From: Ginglymostoma cirratum
Lineage: Eukaryota
NCBI GenBank assembly: GCA_024137785.1
Contig: JAHRHZ010000111.1
Location: 16,562,509-16,626,508 of the forward strand
Reading direction: 5' to 3'
Length of the DNA: 64,000 bases
The notes below the pieces were generated by a model. That model saw only the letters and a program-made list of their open reading frames with translations. It made no database searches and had not been told where the DNA came from. Below, piece by piece: positions 38,306 to 50,350 of the stretch (position 1 is the first letter of the stretch; every line of letters begins with the position of its first letter). The translations under genes were made by a program, and so were the position numbers.

Positions 38306-39724
38306 GCTTTACAGGAGCTTTATTAAAATGGGACTGAGCATCAGAAGCAGACGCAAGTCCATTGACCAAAAGTAATGATCAAAGAAGTCTGTTGTAAGGA
38401 CTGTTTAATTAAGAAAAGTGAGCTACTGGAGAGGTAGAGAGGTGTATGGAGGGAATTTCAAAGCCTGGGTCCAATGAAACTTGGCAAAACAACCAACAGA
38501 AGAGGTTCTGTGAGAGGCGGGAATTAGATAAGCGCAGATATCTTGATGTGTTGTGGGCCTGAAGGGGAGTTACAAGGACAGATGGGGAGGCAAACCTCTC
38601 AGTGTTTTCAAAACAAGGATGGGAATTTTAAAATCAAGGTGTTGGATAGGAGCCAGTGTGCGTCAAAGAGCACAGGGTGATGGCTGGAATAGGACTTGGT
38701 GTGAGATAAGACACATGAATGGAACGTTGGTGTGCGAAGTTTAATTTTATAACATAGTCAATTAATCTTCTGATTTATGGAAACTCATAACAGTGATAGG
38801 TTGAAGGATGACCAATTAATAAATATTAAGTGTTCCCTCCACCTACTTCTCTCTGGCAATAAAGAATTGGATGCATTCATCTGGCTTGGAATTCAGACCC
38901 TCAATGTAAGTTGGCTGTGGCAGTGGCTGGAAAATGGGAAAAGGTTTCTGCTACAACCAGAAGGAATCAGATGTATAAGGTTAATAGTCACAGCCCCCTT
39001 AACACCCTCTGGCAATGTTGTCTTCACTCTGCTCTAAGGCTGTAATTAGGGCTAAAGGGGACGACAAATTTTAGTAAGAATCTCCTTAGTGATGCAAAGA
39101 CATCTGACATTATTTCACCTCTGGTTCAGGTTTGGAGAATTGTTTCCTGAGAAATTTGTGCATTTATGACCTCCCAATTAGATCCATTCTCTCTTCCTTC
39201 CTCCTCCAGCTTTGTGTTGCCTCTGGTCATTCACCCTGCTGCTGGCCAAGGGGATTACAAGCTACTGCAGAAACCTTTAATGGTGTGAGCTGAATTAAAG
39301 TTTGAACCAAGGTCTTCAACACATGGCACCTAAGTCCCTGTTCATTTCAATAAACAAGAGAAACTACCAAACTTAGGAAAAAAGTAGAAAATAATCAGAA
39401 TTTAATGTAAAAAGTCATTGAACCTGATCGAGATATAGCACTGATCAAGGAGTCATTCCCAATGCTGTGTATATGTTCTGCAAGTTTCGGAAAGTGTTAC
39501 GTGAGTATTCAGGTCAAGATGATACCACTAGAATCAGATCAGCATTACACACTGACATACACCATCTGCCTACTCTGCGTGCTTCTCTTGCATGCTTGCT
39601 GAACCTGTGTTAATGGCTTAGCCAAAATGCTGCAAGCCCTGCCATTATAAAAATGTGGATGCATAAGTGCCATGTTGCACCTAAACTGGTGATTAAGAAG
39701 TGAAGCTTCAAGCAAGGCAATGTT

Positions 39725-39925
39725 GTGCTTGCTGGGAATTAGAAAGTAAGAAAAAGAGGGTGCTGGAAAAACTCAACTGGAGGTGTGACAGTGTGTGTGA
39801 AAGGAGAAACCAGGTTAACATTTCTGGTCGGTGATGAGTGCTTTCATTCTTAACACATAGATGCCGCCAGATGATGAGCATTTCCAGCATTTTCTGTTGT
39901 CATTTTGAATTTTGCAACAACATCT
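39725..39925. mobile_element. Family-B fold-back (inverted) Penelope-LTR-like repeat
   Basis: TGCTGGAAAAACTCA (39761-39775) pairs 13/15 with TGAGCATTTCCAGCA (39875-39889). The centre holds a degenerate GTTAACATTTC...CTTTCATTCT ribozyme-like segment. Confidence 0.55.
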
Positions 39926-40689
39926 TTCATTCCTTTAGACTCCTGTTTGTAATGCCTGTAGCTGAACGTTTGGAGGGGAGGGCACAACGGTCTCCAAATG
40001 GCTGCTTACCCTTCATGTGCTACGCTTTATGTAGCATTCTCTGAAATGGATCATTACTGAAATCAAAGCTTGTTGGTCTGGCGTTCACCTCACGTGCACT
40101 GCAGCCAGATTTATTACTCCTTTCATCAACTGCAGATAATTTTCCTTTTAAAGGCCAGGGGCTTCTAACAGCTGCTGGTTTATCTAGTTTCCTGACAGCT
40201 CCCAGTCTCAACTTGCTGTACCTGTTTCCCATAAATAAGAAGATTGCAGCAAAGCCGAACCTCCCTGCATCATGAGCAAAAACAGACAGGACTTACCAGA
40301 TTTGGGAATTGGGCTCGAGCATTACCTGCATTGGAATTTGCAAAAGGCTGACTGCTGAGAATATCTCAAAAGGAAATTATTCTCAGATGAAAGAATAATC
40401 TTGGATAGATATGCTTCTACACCATGCAGTTTGACTGAGGTAGTTTGTCTGTAAAATCTCAGCTGAGTAGAAGTCTTATGATTATTTTAAGTTTGTTTGC
40501 TCATTAAAGAATCTCACAGAAAACTATGCATTTTAATCTAAATTTTTCAAGATTGGGCATTTTTCTCATTTAATACCTCTGGTTCCAAACAACTAGTTAC
40601 TCTTAAAATTACCCAGAATGTTACAGCACTAACACACCATTTGACCATACTGCTCTGTCATGCTCATGTTCCTTAAGGATCTTTTTAAT

Positions 40690-41830
40690 GTGATGTATTT
40701 GTAAAGTATCACACATTTTAGCAGACTGGAAGCTCGTGGTATAAAAGAGCCAGTGACAATATAGTTTTCAAATGTGGGGTTATTGTGAATCACTGTTTCT
40801 TTCAGAATGAGGGAAGGTATGCATTGAAATTCTGCAGAAGTTCAGTGCAGGGCTGCTTCAGCAATGTGCTAATTTTATTTGTACTTGAAAGAGGGTTAGT
40901 AAGTGGATAGAAGGTGCAGGATGGATAGTGAGGAAGTTTATATGGATTGCAAGAAGATAAAGACATGATGGTGTGCATGTGCCTGAAGTTGGCAAAACAG
41001 GTTACCAAAGAAATGAATAAAGTATTGGATTCTGGGCTTAACAAAGGGAGGCACAAGTTATGCTGAAACCGTATAAGCAACAGTTCCGCACCAACTGGAG
41101 TACTGTGCCCAAATCTTGCCCCTATTGTTGTATTATGCACAGATTCCAGACCAGACAAGCCTGTGCCAATTACACAATGTCACAATGTTTGACACCCTGG
41201 TATAGCCATACATGCTTTGCTTTCAGCCCCTCTCTGTGGAAATAGAGTCAATGTAGTCAGTCAACTATATGTGTGTAATGTGTCATGGTAAGTGCAGATC
41301 CAAGACTGTGTGTGTGCGTGTGCGTGCGCGTGCGTGTGTGTGCGCGCGTGTGTGTGTGAGAGAGAGCGTTTATGATATCACAGTCTTATAAATACTTACT
41401 AATATACATAAACTTCAGATTCTTGACTCAAGAACCCGAGATGCTGTGTTATGTTATGCAGACTAGTTTTATAAACCACAAAACAGCATCACTCATAATT
41501 TTAAGAAGAATGTGAATGTGGTAGATGAGGTACAGAAGAGATCTCCTGAAATGATTCTACAGATAAGAGGTTTCAGTTATCTGGACAAGCTGAAGAATCA
41601 AGGATTTTTCTTTTTGGGAGAGAGAAAACCAAGATGGATTTTGCAAAGGCTTTTGAAATAATGAAAAGTTAGAATTAATAAAGAGAATTGATTTCCAGTG
41701 GCTAAAGGTTCAATAACTAGATGGCATAGATTTAAGGTGATTGGGAACAGAATCTGAGGCTAAATGAAGAAAACCTTGTTACACAATGAGTGGTTAGGAT
41801 TTGGAGAGCACTGCCAGGTGGGACATTGGA
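40690..41830 (+). mobile_element. Highly decayed CR1 ORF2/3' UTR, split by ~41125-41500
   Basis: MLKPYKQQFR / QLEYCAQ at 41060-41112. Resumes at ~41505 (DEVQKRSPEMI...FEIMK) with a CR1-like UTR. Confidence 0.6.
41307..41366. repeat. Compound (TG/CG)n then (AG)n microsatellite
   Basis: Uninterrupted pyrimidine/purine alternation at 41307-41358, followed by AG repeats. Confidence 0.95.
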
Positions 41831-42499
41831 TAGAGATTCAATGTATTTGGGGTGCATGCTACCTTACTCAAGGAACTCGAAGTATTCTAATTTGCACCAC
41901 ACTGGTGAATTCAACAGTTTCATGCGTCACTCACCAAGGAAAGAGGAGTCGGTGACAAGAAGGGCCAGCAAGACTATTATTTAAAGGAACAGACACCTAA
42001 GCTGCAGGTGAGGTGAATTTGTAGCACATTCGTGATTGTATTGTGTTTGAAAGTGCTGTAATCTGGAGGTGTATTGGTGAGTTCCTGAATTTGGCAGCGA
42101 GTGTTCCTCTATCTCCAAAAGGTATAGGAGAAGACTTGGTGATCAGTCCATGCAAAGACTGTAACAGATGTGAACAATAGGGAGAGGGCAAGTTCTACTG
42201 AATGACCTCTGTCAATGTTGTTGGATGCCACCATGCCCCCTAAAAAGCACTACAGATTGTTTGGAAGGCCCATCAATACTCCCAACAGTGTGATATGGGT
42301 TTGAACATGGTATCATCATTCGGTATGTGAAGGTGGGGTGGAGTCTTGGTGTTTTAGGTGAGAATTTGAAGTGCCAGGGACTACTGGCAAAGTACTAGAA
42401 CTGCAGTGCATTTAATCACATGGGCTGAGTCTTTGGTGGGTGAAGTATGTAGTGCAAAGATACATTCATAAACTTTGAGAATGCTTGAGCCTATTTTAC

Positions 42500-42680
42500 T
42501 TTTCAAGGTATTCTTGCACTGCTCTTGGGTCCAAACCATGAAGACTGAATCTCCTGACCAGCTGTTCTCATCGTCTTCTGAAGGTGGTTCCCAAGAGCTT
42601 CCTGCAGAACTGTATTATCTCTCTTCACGTTTACCTCCAGTGCTAAGGTTCTTGGGTTTCATCTGTATCCATGAAGGCCT
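42500..42680 (-). pseudogene. Possible additional Harbinger Myb/SANT relic
   Basis: Frameshifted minus-strand pieces FMDTDE / LEVNVKRD / VWTQEQCKN resemble the Myb-like pattern at 26418 and 49720. Confidence 0.3.
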
Positions 42681-43839
42681 CTTTTTAATTTGGTGACTAT
42701 TTCCTCTTGTTCCGAATCACAGCAATAGTACACAGCTTATAAATCAGTGCAGCTTCCCTTTTAGATACACAATCTGCCTTTAACAACAGGAAGCTGATTA
42801 TACTTAGTGCCATCAGCACAATACTACCCAACTTTCTGCAGAGGGTAGTGGCATTTTGCAACCCAGGAATTGCAGCTTTTGGGAAAGTCAAATGGCATTG
42901 CTAAAGTTGGAAGTTGCCCATGACCCGCAGCAAGCAGGCCATTGAACCAGAAGTCTCATGCTTGAAAACAACAGGAAATCAATTTTCAGCCTCTTCTCTG
43001 AATTCATTTTCTATCCTCTTGGTTAATCATCTTTGACATTTTCAACCGAGCAATATGTGGCTCTATTTTAATGTAAAGCAAAAGAAAACAAAACATTCTT
43101 TCCATTTCTCTCCCTCGTGATATTGTTCACTGAAGTAAAAGATCTTGGTATTATGTTCAGCTCAACTTATCCCACAAAACTTTATTTCATTTGAGGCTGT
43201 GAGCCTCAATTATGCTACTTACTCAATAGAATTTTCTCACCATCCACCATGGCCCCGTAAATCAGTCTAGAGCAGAGAGCTGTAAATTGAAAACTATTTT
43301 GGAAAGACAAGCCTATTTATAAAGAACACATTTACTACTTCTCTACTGTTGTACAATATAACGGATATTACCCCTGTAAGCATGCCTGTAATTATTTAGA
43401 CTTTTTCTCAATACCTCCTTCACTACAGTGCAATTGAAGCTATTTCAGAAACACTATTCAAAGATACAAGTCATAGCAACTTTTTTTCTACTCTTTCTGC
43501 ACTTGGTTGAAACTATAAATAGCATCACATTCTGTAATGTTCATGTGAAAAGAGCTTTTGGCTTTTATCTTGGTAAAAGCCCACAGGGGGATAAATTCTA
43601 TCACAAATCATCATTTTACTTCTCTTCAATCAATTCTCCACGGCAGGAAAATAAAACATTTCAGGAAGTGTATTTAATTCTGTAACAAAAAATGAAAATT
43701 AATCACATTTTTTACAATCTGGTTGCTAGATTATTTAGTTAGTTATTCTCCTACATCACTATTAGTATCTTCAAATGGCATTACAATTTCATTACCATTA
43801 AAATAAGAGAAAACATAATTGTTATTTTCAATAACATTA

Positions 43840-44400
43840 GCATTCTCATGGGGTATAGCCATTTTTGGTAAGGGCAACATTTGTTGACCATACCTAATTG
43901 TCCTTGGGGAACTGAAGGTGAGCCACTTTCTTGATCTGATCCAGATGCATTCACAGTGCGAGTGGTTTGGTACAATGGCTTGCTCGGTTATTTTCAGAGA
44001 GAAGTTGGGAGCCTACCACATTGCTTGGCTCTGCAGTCTCTCTTAAGTCAAATCATATATAAAGTCACATGGTACCAGGTTACAGTCCAACAAGTTTATT
44101 TGAAATCACAAGCCTTCAAAGTGCTGCTCCTTCGTCAGGTGAAGTCATGAAGGAGTGAGGCTCCGAAAGCTTCTGGTTTCAAATAAACCTATTGGACTGT
44201 AACCTGGAGTCATGTGACTTCTGACTTTGCGCATCCCAGTCCAACACTGGCACCTCCATATCAAATCAGGTATGGACAGCAGAATTTCTTTCTTCCCTCA
44301 AGGACATTAATGAACTAGATATGTTTTTATGACAATGATGCTAGTAAGGGTACCATGAAAACAGAGTATATTTCAATTCCAATCTTGTTTTTATATAGGC
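43840..44400 (-). mobile_element. tRNA-derived SINE (57652 family), interrupted by the family-C fold-back
   Basis: Tail CATTTGTTGACCATACCTAATTGTCCTTG at ~43878. Body resumes after the insert as GGACAGCAGAATTTCTTT...AAGGACATTAATGAACTAGAT, like 430-480. Confidence 0.6.
44056..44260. mobile_element. Family-C fold-back Penelope-LTR-like insert, two head-to-head hammerhead relics, 8-bp TSD
   Basis: Perfect complementary blocks 44062-44071/44211-44220, 44075-44090/44192-44207 and 44094-44105/44177-44188. TCAAATCA at 44048-44055 and 44261-44268. Confidence 0.8.
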
Positions 44401-44499
44401 TTTGGGACAATAAGGTTTAGTTTACTGACACTGAAGAAATTTAGGATTTATGTTCTGCTATATTTTACTCATGCATATTCATAATGACCATAAAGTTAA

Positions 44500-45560
44500 A
44501 TCTACCTTTCCTTATCCTTACGACCAGCCTGGAGCTTTTGATACTGTTGACTGTACTATCCTCCTTCAAAATCTGTCCATTATCTTCCACTGCATGTGAC
44601 TACTTTTGTCTCAGTTTATTCTTATCCACCTATTCATAGACAGAGAACCATCTGTAATGATTTCTTTTGTTGTTCATGCACCATTTACCTCTATGGTCTT
44701 ACATGGATTTATCCTTGTCCTCTCCAATTTCTCATTTATCTGCTGTCCTTTGGTAACAACAACTAAAAGCAATGGTAAGTTCCATGTGACCAACACTTCC
44801 TTCACCATCTCCAAATGAGTAGACTGCACGTTCAAGAGAATTGGATAAACAGAAATTTCATCTCTAACGAAGCACTTGGAAGAGCCATCGTCACTGACCT
44901 CGGTCCTTCCCACAATATCCAATCCCTGGGCACTGACACTATCCCTCTCCCAGTCGACTGTCTGATGCTAAACTAGACTGGTATTATATTTAGGTCTGAG
45001 GTATGCTTCCAACTATACATTCATTACGTAGATAAGATCACCTATTTCATTCTCCACGAAAGCACTCAACAGAACCCCTGTCATGGTTTATCTGCTGCTA
45101 AAGTCTGATCTATGCCACTTTTTAAACCTCTGGATTGATTATTCCAGTGCAGTCCAGGTGACCACCTATGTCCTGCTGTCTGTAAACTTCAGGCTGTTGA
45201 CATTTCTGCTATTCCTGTCCAAACGTGAACCAACTCTGTGCTCACTCGTAACTATGGCTGTTGCTTAAGCAATGCCTTGATTGTGAAATATTCATCCTTC
45301 CTTTAAATTCCTCCTTGTCCTGTACTCTCCTTAGCTCTCTAATCTCCTCCAGACCCACAACCATCCGAGATATTTGTACTCCTCTAATTCTAGCCCTCAC
45401 CTATCACTGATCTTATTTACTTCTCCATTGCTGGTCATACCCCTAGTTGCCCAGAATCTAAACTCTGCAACTCCCTACTTTAATGTCTCCAATTCTATTT
45501 CACTTTCATCCTTTAAGAACGTTCTTCAAACTGATGGCCTTAATCATGTTTTTGCCACTA
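44500..45560 (+). mobile_element. Decayed L2 LINE 3' region
   Basis: GCTTTTGATACTGTTGAC (AFDTVD) at ~44533. L2-type 3' UTR (ATCTCCTCCAGACCCACAACCATCCGAGATATTTGTACTCCTCTAATTCT). Confidence 0.7.
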
Positions 45561-45659
45561 ATATATATTGCTAAAAATGTTATAGAACAATTAACCAATA
45601 GCTTTTACGTGATAGGATGTCAGATTTTGCTGACAACGCTACTATGAAGACCCCTGTGG

Positions 45660-45960
45660 GTCTTCGCCCCTTCATAGAGGGATCAATGACCAAGGTTCAT
45701 AAATTTAAGGTAAAGGGCAGGAGGTTTGGGGAGGCTGTGACGGACAGCTTTTAACCCGGAGGTTGTTGGGAATCTGGAACTCACTGCCTGTAGGGGTGGT
45801 AGAATTAGAAACCCTCATAACACGTAAGAAGTATTTAGATGTGCACTTACAGTGCATACAAAGCTATGGGCAACATGCTGGAAAATGGGATTATAATAGA
45901 TAGTGTAGATTTGATGAGCCAAATGGCATTTTACTGTGCTACAAACCTCTGACTCTAACC
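45660..45960 (+). mobile_element. CR1 3' UTR fragment
   Basis: CATAAATTTAAGGTAAAGGGCAGGAGGTTT...GGGAATCTGGAACTCACTGCCTG...AAGAAGTATTTAGATGTGCACTT, ending CTCTGACTCT. Confidence 0.75.
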
Positions 45961-45991
45961 TTGGAATGTTTGATTGTGTTACGTTGTTGTT

Positions 45992-46277
45992 ATCATACAA
46001 TCAGTAAATCCCTACAGTGTAGAAGCAAGCCATTCGGCCCATCAAGTCCACACGATCCCTACAAAGAGCATCCCTGTAACCCTGCATTTCCCATGGCTAA
46101 TCCACCAAGCCTGCACACCTCTAGACTGTGGGAAGAAACTGGAGCACCCAGAAGAATCCCACGCAGACACAGAGAGAACATTCAAACTCCACACAGATAA
46201 TTGCCCGAGGCTGGATTGAACCTCGGTCTATGGCGCTGTGAGGAAACAGTGCTAATCACTGAATGACCAGGCCCCCC
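45992..46277 (-). mobile_element. HE1-type V-SINE (more diverged)
   Basis: Colinear with 36548-36834 and 54911-55188. Confidence 0.88.
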
Positions 46278-48309
46278 ATTATTGACCTATAAAAGTGGCT
46301 TCCATCTTATTTGAATTGGGAATTGTACTTTTGGTATGCTCAGGGGCAGCTACAAGCATTACTTGCCTGAAACAGGTTGGATCCTCATAAATAGTGTTGT
46401 CTTGATGGCAACGTTGTGCACACATTTCTAAGTCTATTTGTAAGATGGGTAGTCTTTGTTTGATAAAACTATGTCAATGCTGACTTAGGACTGGGAAATA
46501 CATAGAGGTTTGATAAGACAACAAGGTAATATGAAGAAAAACTCTCATGAAACTCAGTGTCATTTGTTTTCACTTTATGTTGACAGCATAATCATTGACA
46601 GCAAAGATGTTTCCAATGGAAATCCCTTCTGCTGTCTCCCAAGAAAAGTTAAAATCTGGTATCTAGGAGAAGAGCACAGCCAATAAAAAGATGTTTGGCA
46701 TGTCAAGCCTCCCAAGATGGCTTCCATCAAAACATGGGCTTTTGAAAACAGAACAAATTGCACTTTGGCAATTACTTATTGAGGCTGCAATTCTTCATGC
46801 AAGTTAGATGTGCACAGCTGGCACCACTGCTATGATCCATGAGTACCCAATTAATTGAAATTTTGTCTGTTCCTCTGCAGCATGTCATTGTTATTGACCA
46901 AATTTCCTCATCCCAAGGGTAATAGCAGATGAGCAACAACTGACATCTTTGCCAGTGATGCCTACATCCTGGGAATCAGCATTTAATTTAGTGTATTAAT
47001 GACAAGGAGATTATTCCCTCCCTTATGATAAAGGACCAATATTTATCAAGAAACATTTTAGCCAGGTTGGAAATATTAACAAAAAGAAACGTTTACTCTC
47101 AAAGGGCCGAGTTTAAGATAAGTCTGTGCCAGTGGTGGAACAGCTGTTGAAGAATTTCCTACTTGCTACAATCTTGAGCAATTTCTGCTAAAAGTAACAA
47201 GGACTGAAAATACTTGCATGTGATGTACTTCCTTCAGAAATACTGCTGACCTCCTTATGAGGAGGTGGCGTATTGTAGCAGGCACCTCATCCTCTTCCCT
47301 GGCCTAACAAACATTAGTTCTTTTTAGGATTCGATCAGAATGTTTTTTCCTCTGTGTTTTAACTGGGTTCCCTCCTGGACAGGTGTCAAGCTGCAATGCT
47401 GTGATGTCTTATTTCTCAACTTTGTCTTGGTGGTGGCATCATACCAGCAGCTTATCCGAAATAGATGATAAGCCCTGAAGAATCTGGGTCAATTTTACAT
47501 GATTTTCTATGAGGAAACTGGGTTGGATCAGTAATGAGGTCAGAAGCTTTGGCCCTGTTCCCTTCTGCAGGGATGAAGAAAATCCAGGCCATTAGAAAGT
47601 ATAATGATGCGGATTGTTGTATCATACATCATTTGTATCATGTTCCCATCCTACATAGGGAGAGGACTCAATGGTGTTTAATAATTAATGAGCATTTGCT
47701 GTATCCTTTAATTGTAGGTACTTACTGTAGTAACAGGCAAATCATGTTACATTTTTGCTGTCTAATATAAAACCTTTCAGTCCAAGGAAGATGTTATGGT
47801 ACGGAGACTAAAATTGTTTAAATGCTCTTGGATAGCTGAAGTGGAAAGGAAAATTGAAAAGCATCAATTACGTCAAAGTAATTTGCAACAGTGAATAAAC
47901 AGTTTGAGTTTTGACTGAAAATACTGAGAGTTCTTGTCCTTTTTCCCTGAGTCTATCTACAAATGAATTCAAATGTAATTCAATGTGAGATATTCCATAT
48001 TTGTAACGAGTTAAGTTATGCTGTAGGGGTGACTCACTGTAATTTAGCAGCAAATGGTACACTAACAAAGTGAAGTTTTCAGCTCCATTGAGCCTTCTGC
48101 CGCTCGGCATGTGTAACCTGAAGTATTTTGGGCTGTTTCCCTTTGATGCCTGAATTTCCTAAGTGGGGAGTTTCTATTCTGTCATAACACAAAAGTGAAG
48201 AGATTCAATTGTACACGCAGTTCTCACTTGATTAGCTTTGCACCTGACACTATGAGTAGGACAGGCTTTAGCTAGAAACTAGAGAAGATTGGTTCCTAGG
48301 TTTAGTTTT

Positions 48310-49050
48310 TTCATAAGGCCCTGCCGTAAGTACAGACCTGGCATCTTTCAGTTTGATGGTTCCACCTTTGGCTCTGAAATCAAGACTGGGGTTAAGCAGG
48401 GGTGCATCTTAGCTTCCACTCTGTTCAGTGCCTTTCCTCTGTTTTACTGACATGTACTTTCCCTGCTGACACTGAAGGAGTATAACTCCACACAGAATCC
48501 AATGGAAACCTCATCAACCTATCAAAAGTGAAAGCCAAGACAAAAGAAGGATAGGTGCTGATCTGAGATCTTCAGTGTGTTAATAATACTGCATTAGATG
48601 TCCAATCAGAACACCAGTCCCAACAGCTCATGTGTCATCTGTCCCGTACATGGGACATGTTCTTCTTCACCATTCAGTGTCAAGGCCACTGTAGCTTTGG
48701 GTTAAGGTGTTTTGTGGCACCTGTCATTGAACTCAACAACACCACCACTGGAAGCAGTCCAAATGTTGTGATATTTTACATCTCCGGTGACAGGTTACTA
48801 GTTTTTACCTCAGTGAGGTCAGCACACACATTGGAAATGTAGCCATCAACTTTGGCCAACTAAGCAGCCGTGGAAAAACATTACTGACGCACAGGATCAA
48901 GGTGCTTACTTCCAAGCACCATATCACAGCGCTTTGTTGCATGATAGTAAAGTTTGGGAAAGTTAAAAAAACCAAGTGCAAAGACTCAATAATGTCCATC
49001 TCTTGGTGTCTATGCTGCATCCTTAGCATCACGTGTCTCATAAAAATGGA
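48310..49050 (+). mobile_element. RTE-clade LINE RT fragment (decayed)
   Basis: EIKTGVKQGCILASTLFSAF (GVKQG.. at 48388-48426; cf. GVKQGCVLAPTLF) and GNLINLSKVKAKTK at ~48504. Confidence 0.8.
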
Positions 49051-49719
49051 TTATAATCTCAAATTACTTACAGATATATTAAACTTTTAAGTACAAAAAT
49101 GTGTTTTTGTTTCAAAGAATGATATACATATTCCCCCACAATATCTTAGTTAAATTCTAGAGTGCCTGAAACAATGATTCATCTGTTCAGCTTCCAGATA
49201 AGATAAATAGTTTGCCTTACTTAAAAGCACATTGTTATATTTTTCCGTAGCTGTATAATTCTTAGCTGTCTTTTGTGGAAGAAATAAAAGTTGTGACGCT
49301 TCTTGGGGTCTTGGGGAGCTTGAAGATCCCATGCATGTTAACAGTGTCTGTTTGCTATTATTGTTCTTTGCGAACTGTTTGAGAGGACCTATGAGTATTC
49401 ATCCCTACAAATGCCCCTCTCTACCTGTGGCCCTGCATGAGGCAGAGGAGGGAGATCATGGTGCAAATGGTAATAGTGCATTGAAATCTTAGCCATTTCA
49501 ATATGGACATATCCTGTCATTTCTACCTGTATTCATTGGACTTGGCTGGTGGACCAGGAGGTATCCTGAGTCACCTATTGTTCCTTACAGCACTAACATT
49601 TCCATCCTACTTCTACATTTCTAAACTAGCCACAAAGTGTGGTGTGGTGAGACCTTGCACAGTTAAAGGGAACCCTGGGAGGGGGCAGAACAGCTGCAGC
49701 CTGCAATCTTTCAGAAGCT

Positions 49720-49880
49720 TGAAGGAAGCAGAGAGAAGGCAGGATGACTCTTCCCTGAAGGTGTTCCTGGAGGCAGTGAATGCTTGAAGGAATGCCTTCT
49801 TTCTTGCAGAGGAGTCAAATACCCAAATGAAACCTGTTTGTCTGAACATCTCTGTGTGTGATCTGTCCCAGCTGGGTACA
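49720..49880 (+). pseudogene. Second Harbinger-type Myb/SANT ORF relic
   Basis: RRQDDSSLKVFLEAVNA*RNAFFLAEESNTQMKPVCLNIS parallels the relic at 26418. In-frame stop at 49785-49787. Confidence 0.5.
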
Positions 49881-50169
49881 GTGCCTCAGAGTTTACTGAC
49901 TGAATAAAACACATGAAAAAGTGACATCCTACTTTCAGAAGCCACATCATGTGACATGCCCAGCAATCCCCTGTCCTCAGCGCAACATACCTTCGGCCTC
50001 TTTCTCAAGGCATCTTTTCAAACACCCGTCCCAACAGCTCACATGTGGAATCCATCTTGTTATCATTTTGTACTTGTCCCTCAGAGTTGCCCTTTGTAAG
50101 TGTTACCATTCCCTCTTTTCCCACAGTCCACTCTTATGCTCATGACTATCTTCTTTTTTCTCACTGAAG

Positions 50170-50350
50170 GTAAAGAGATTGCCCAACTCCAAGAACAGGC
50201 AGAGAACCAGGGTGAGGCCTACAATTGTAATGCCATTTGACCACTGCAGAGGAACAGGAACTGCAGAGAATTGCACAGATCATTGGGCAATGCCTCTCTC
50301 CATTGCTCATCTTCTACATATCTGACAACATCAAAAGCCATCACACTCTC
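50170..50350 (+). mobile_element. Possible Rex1/Babar-like LINE C-terminal fragment
   Basis: TAEEQELQRIAQIIGQCLSPL resembles C-terminal ..LQRVV..AQ.IIG..LP.L motifs. Confidence 0.4.
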
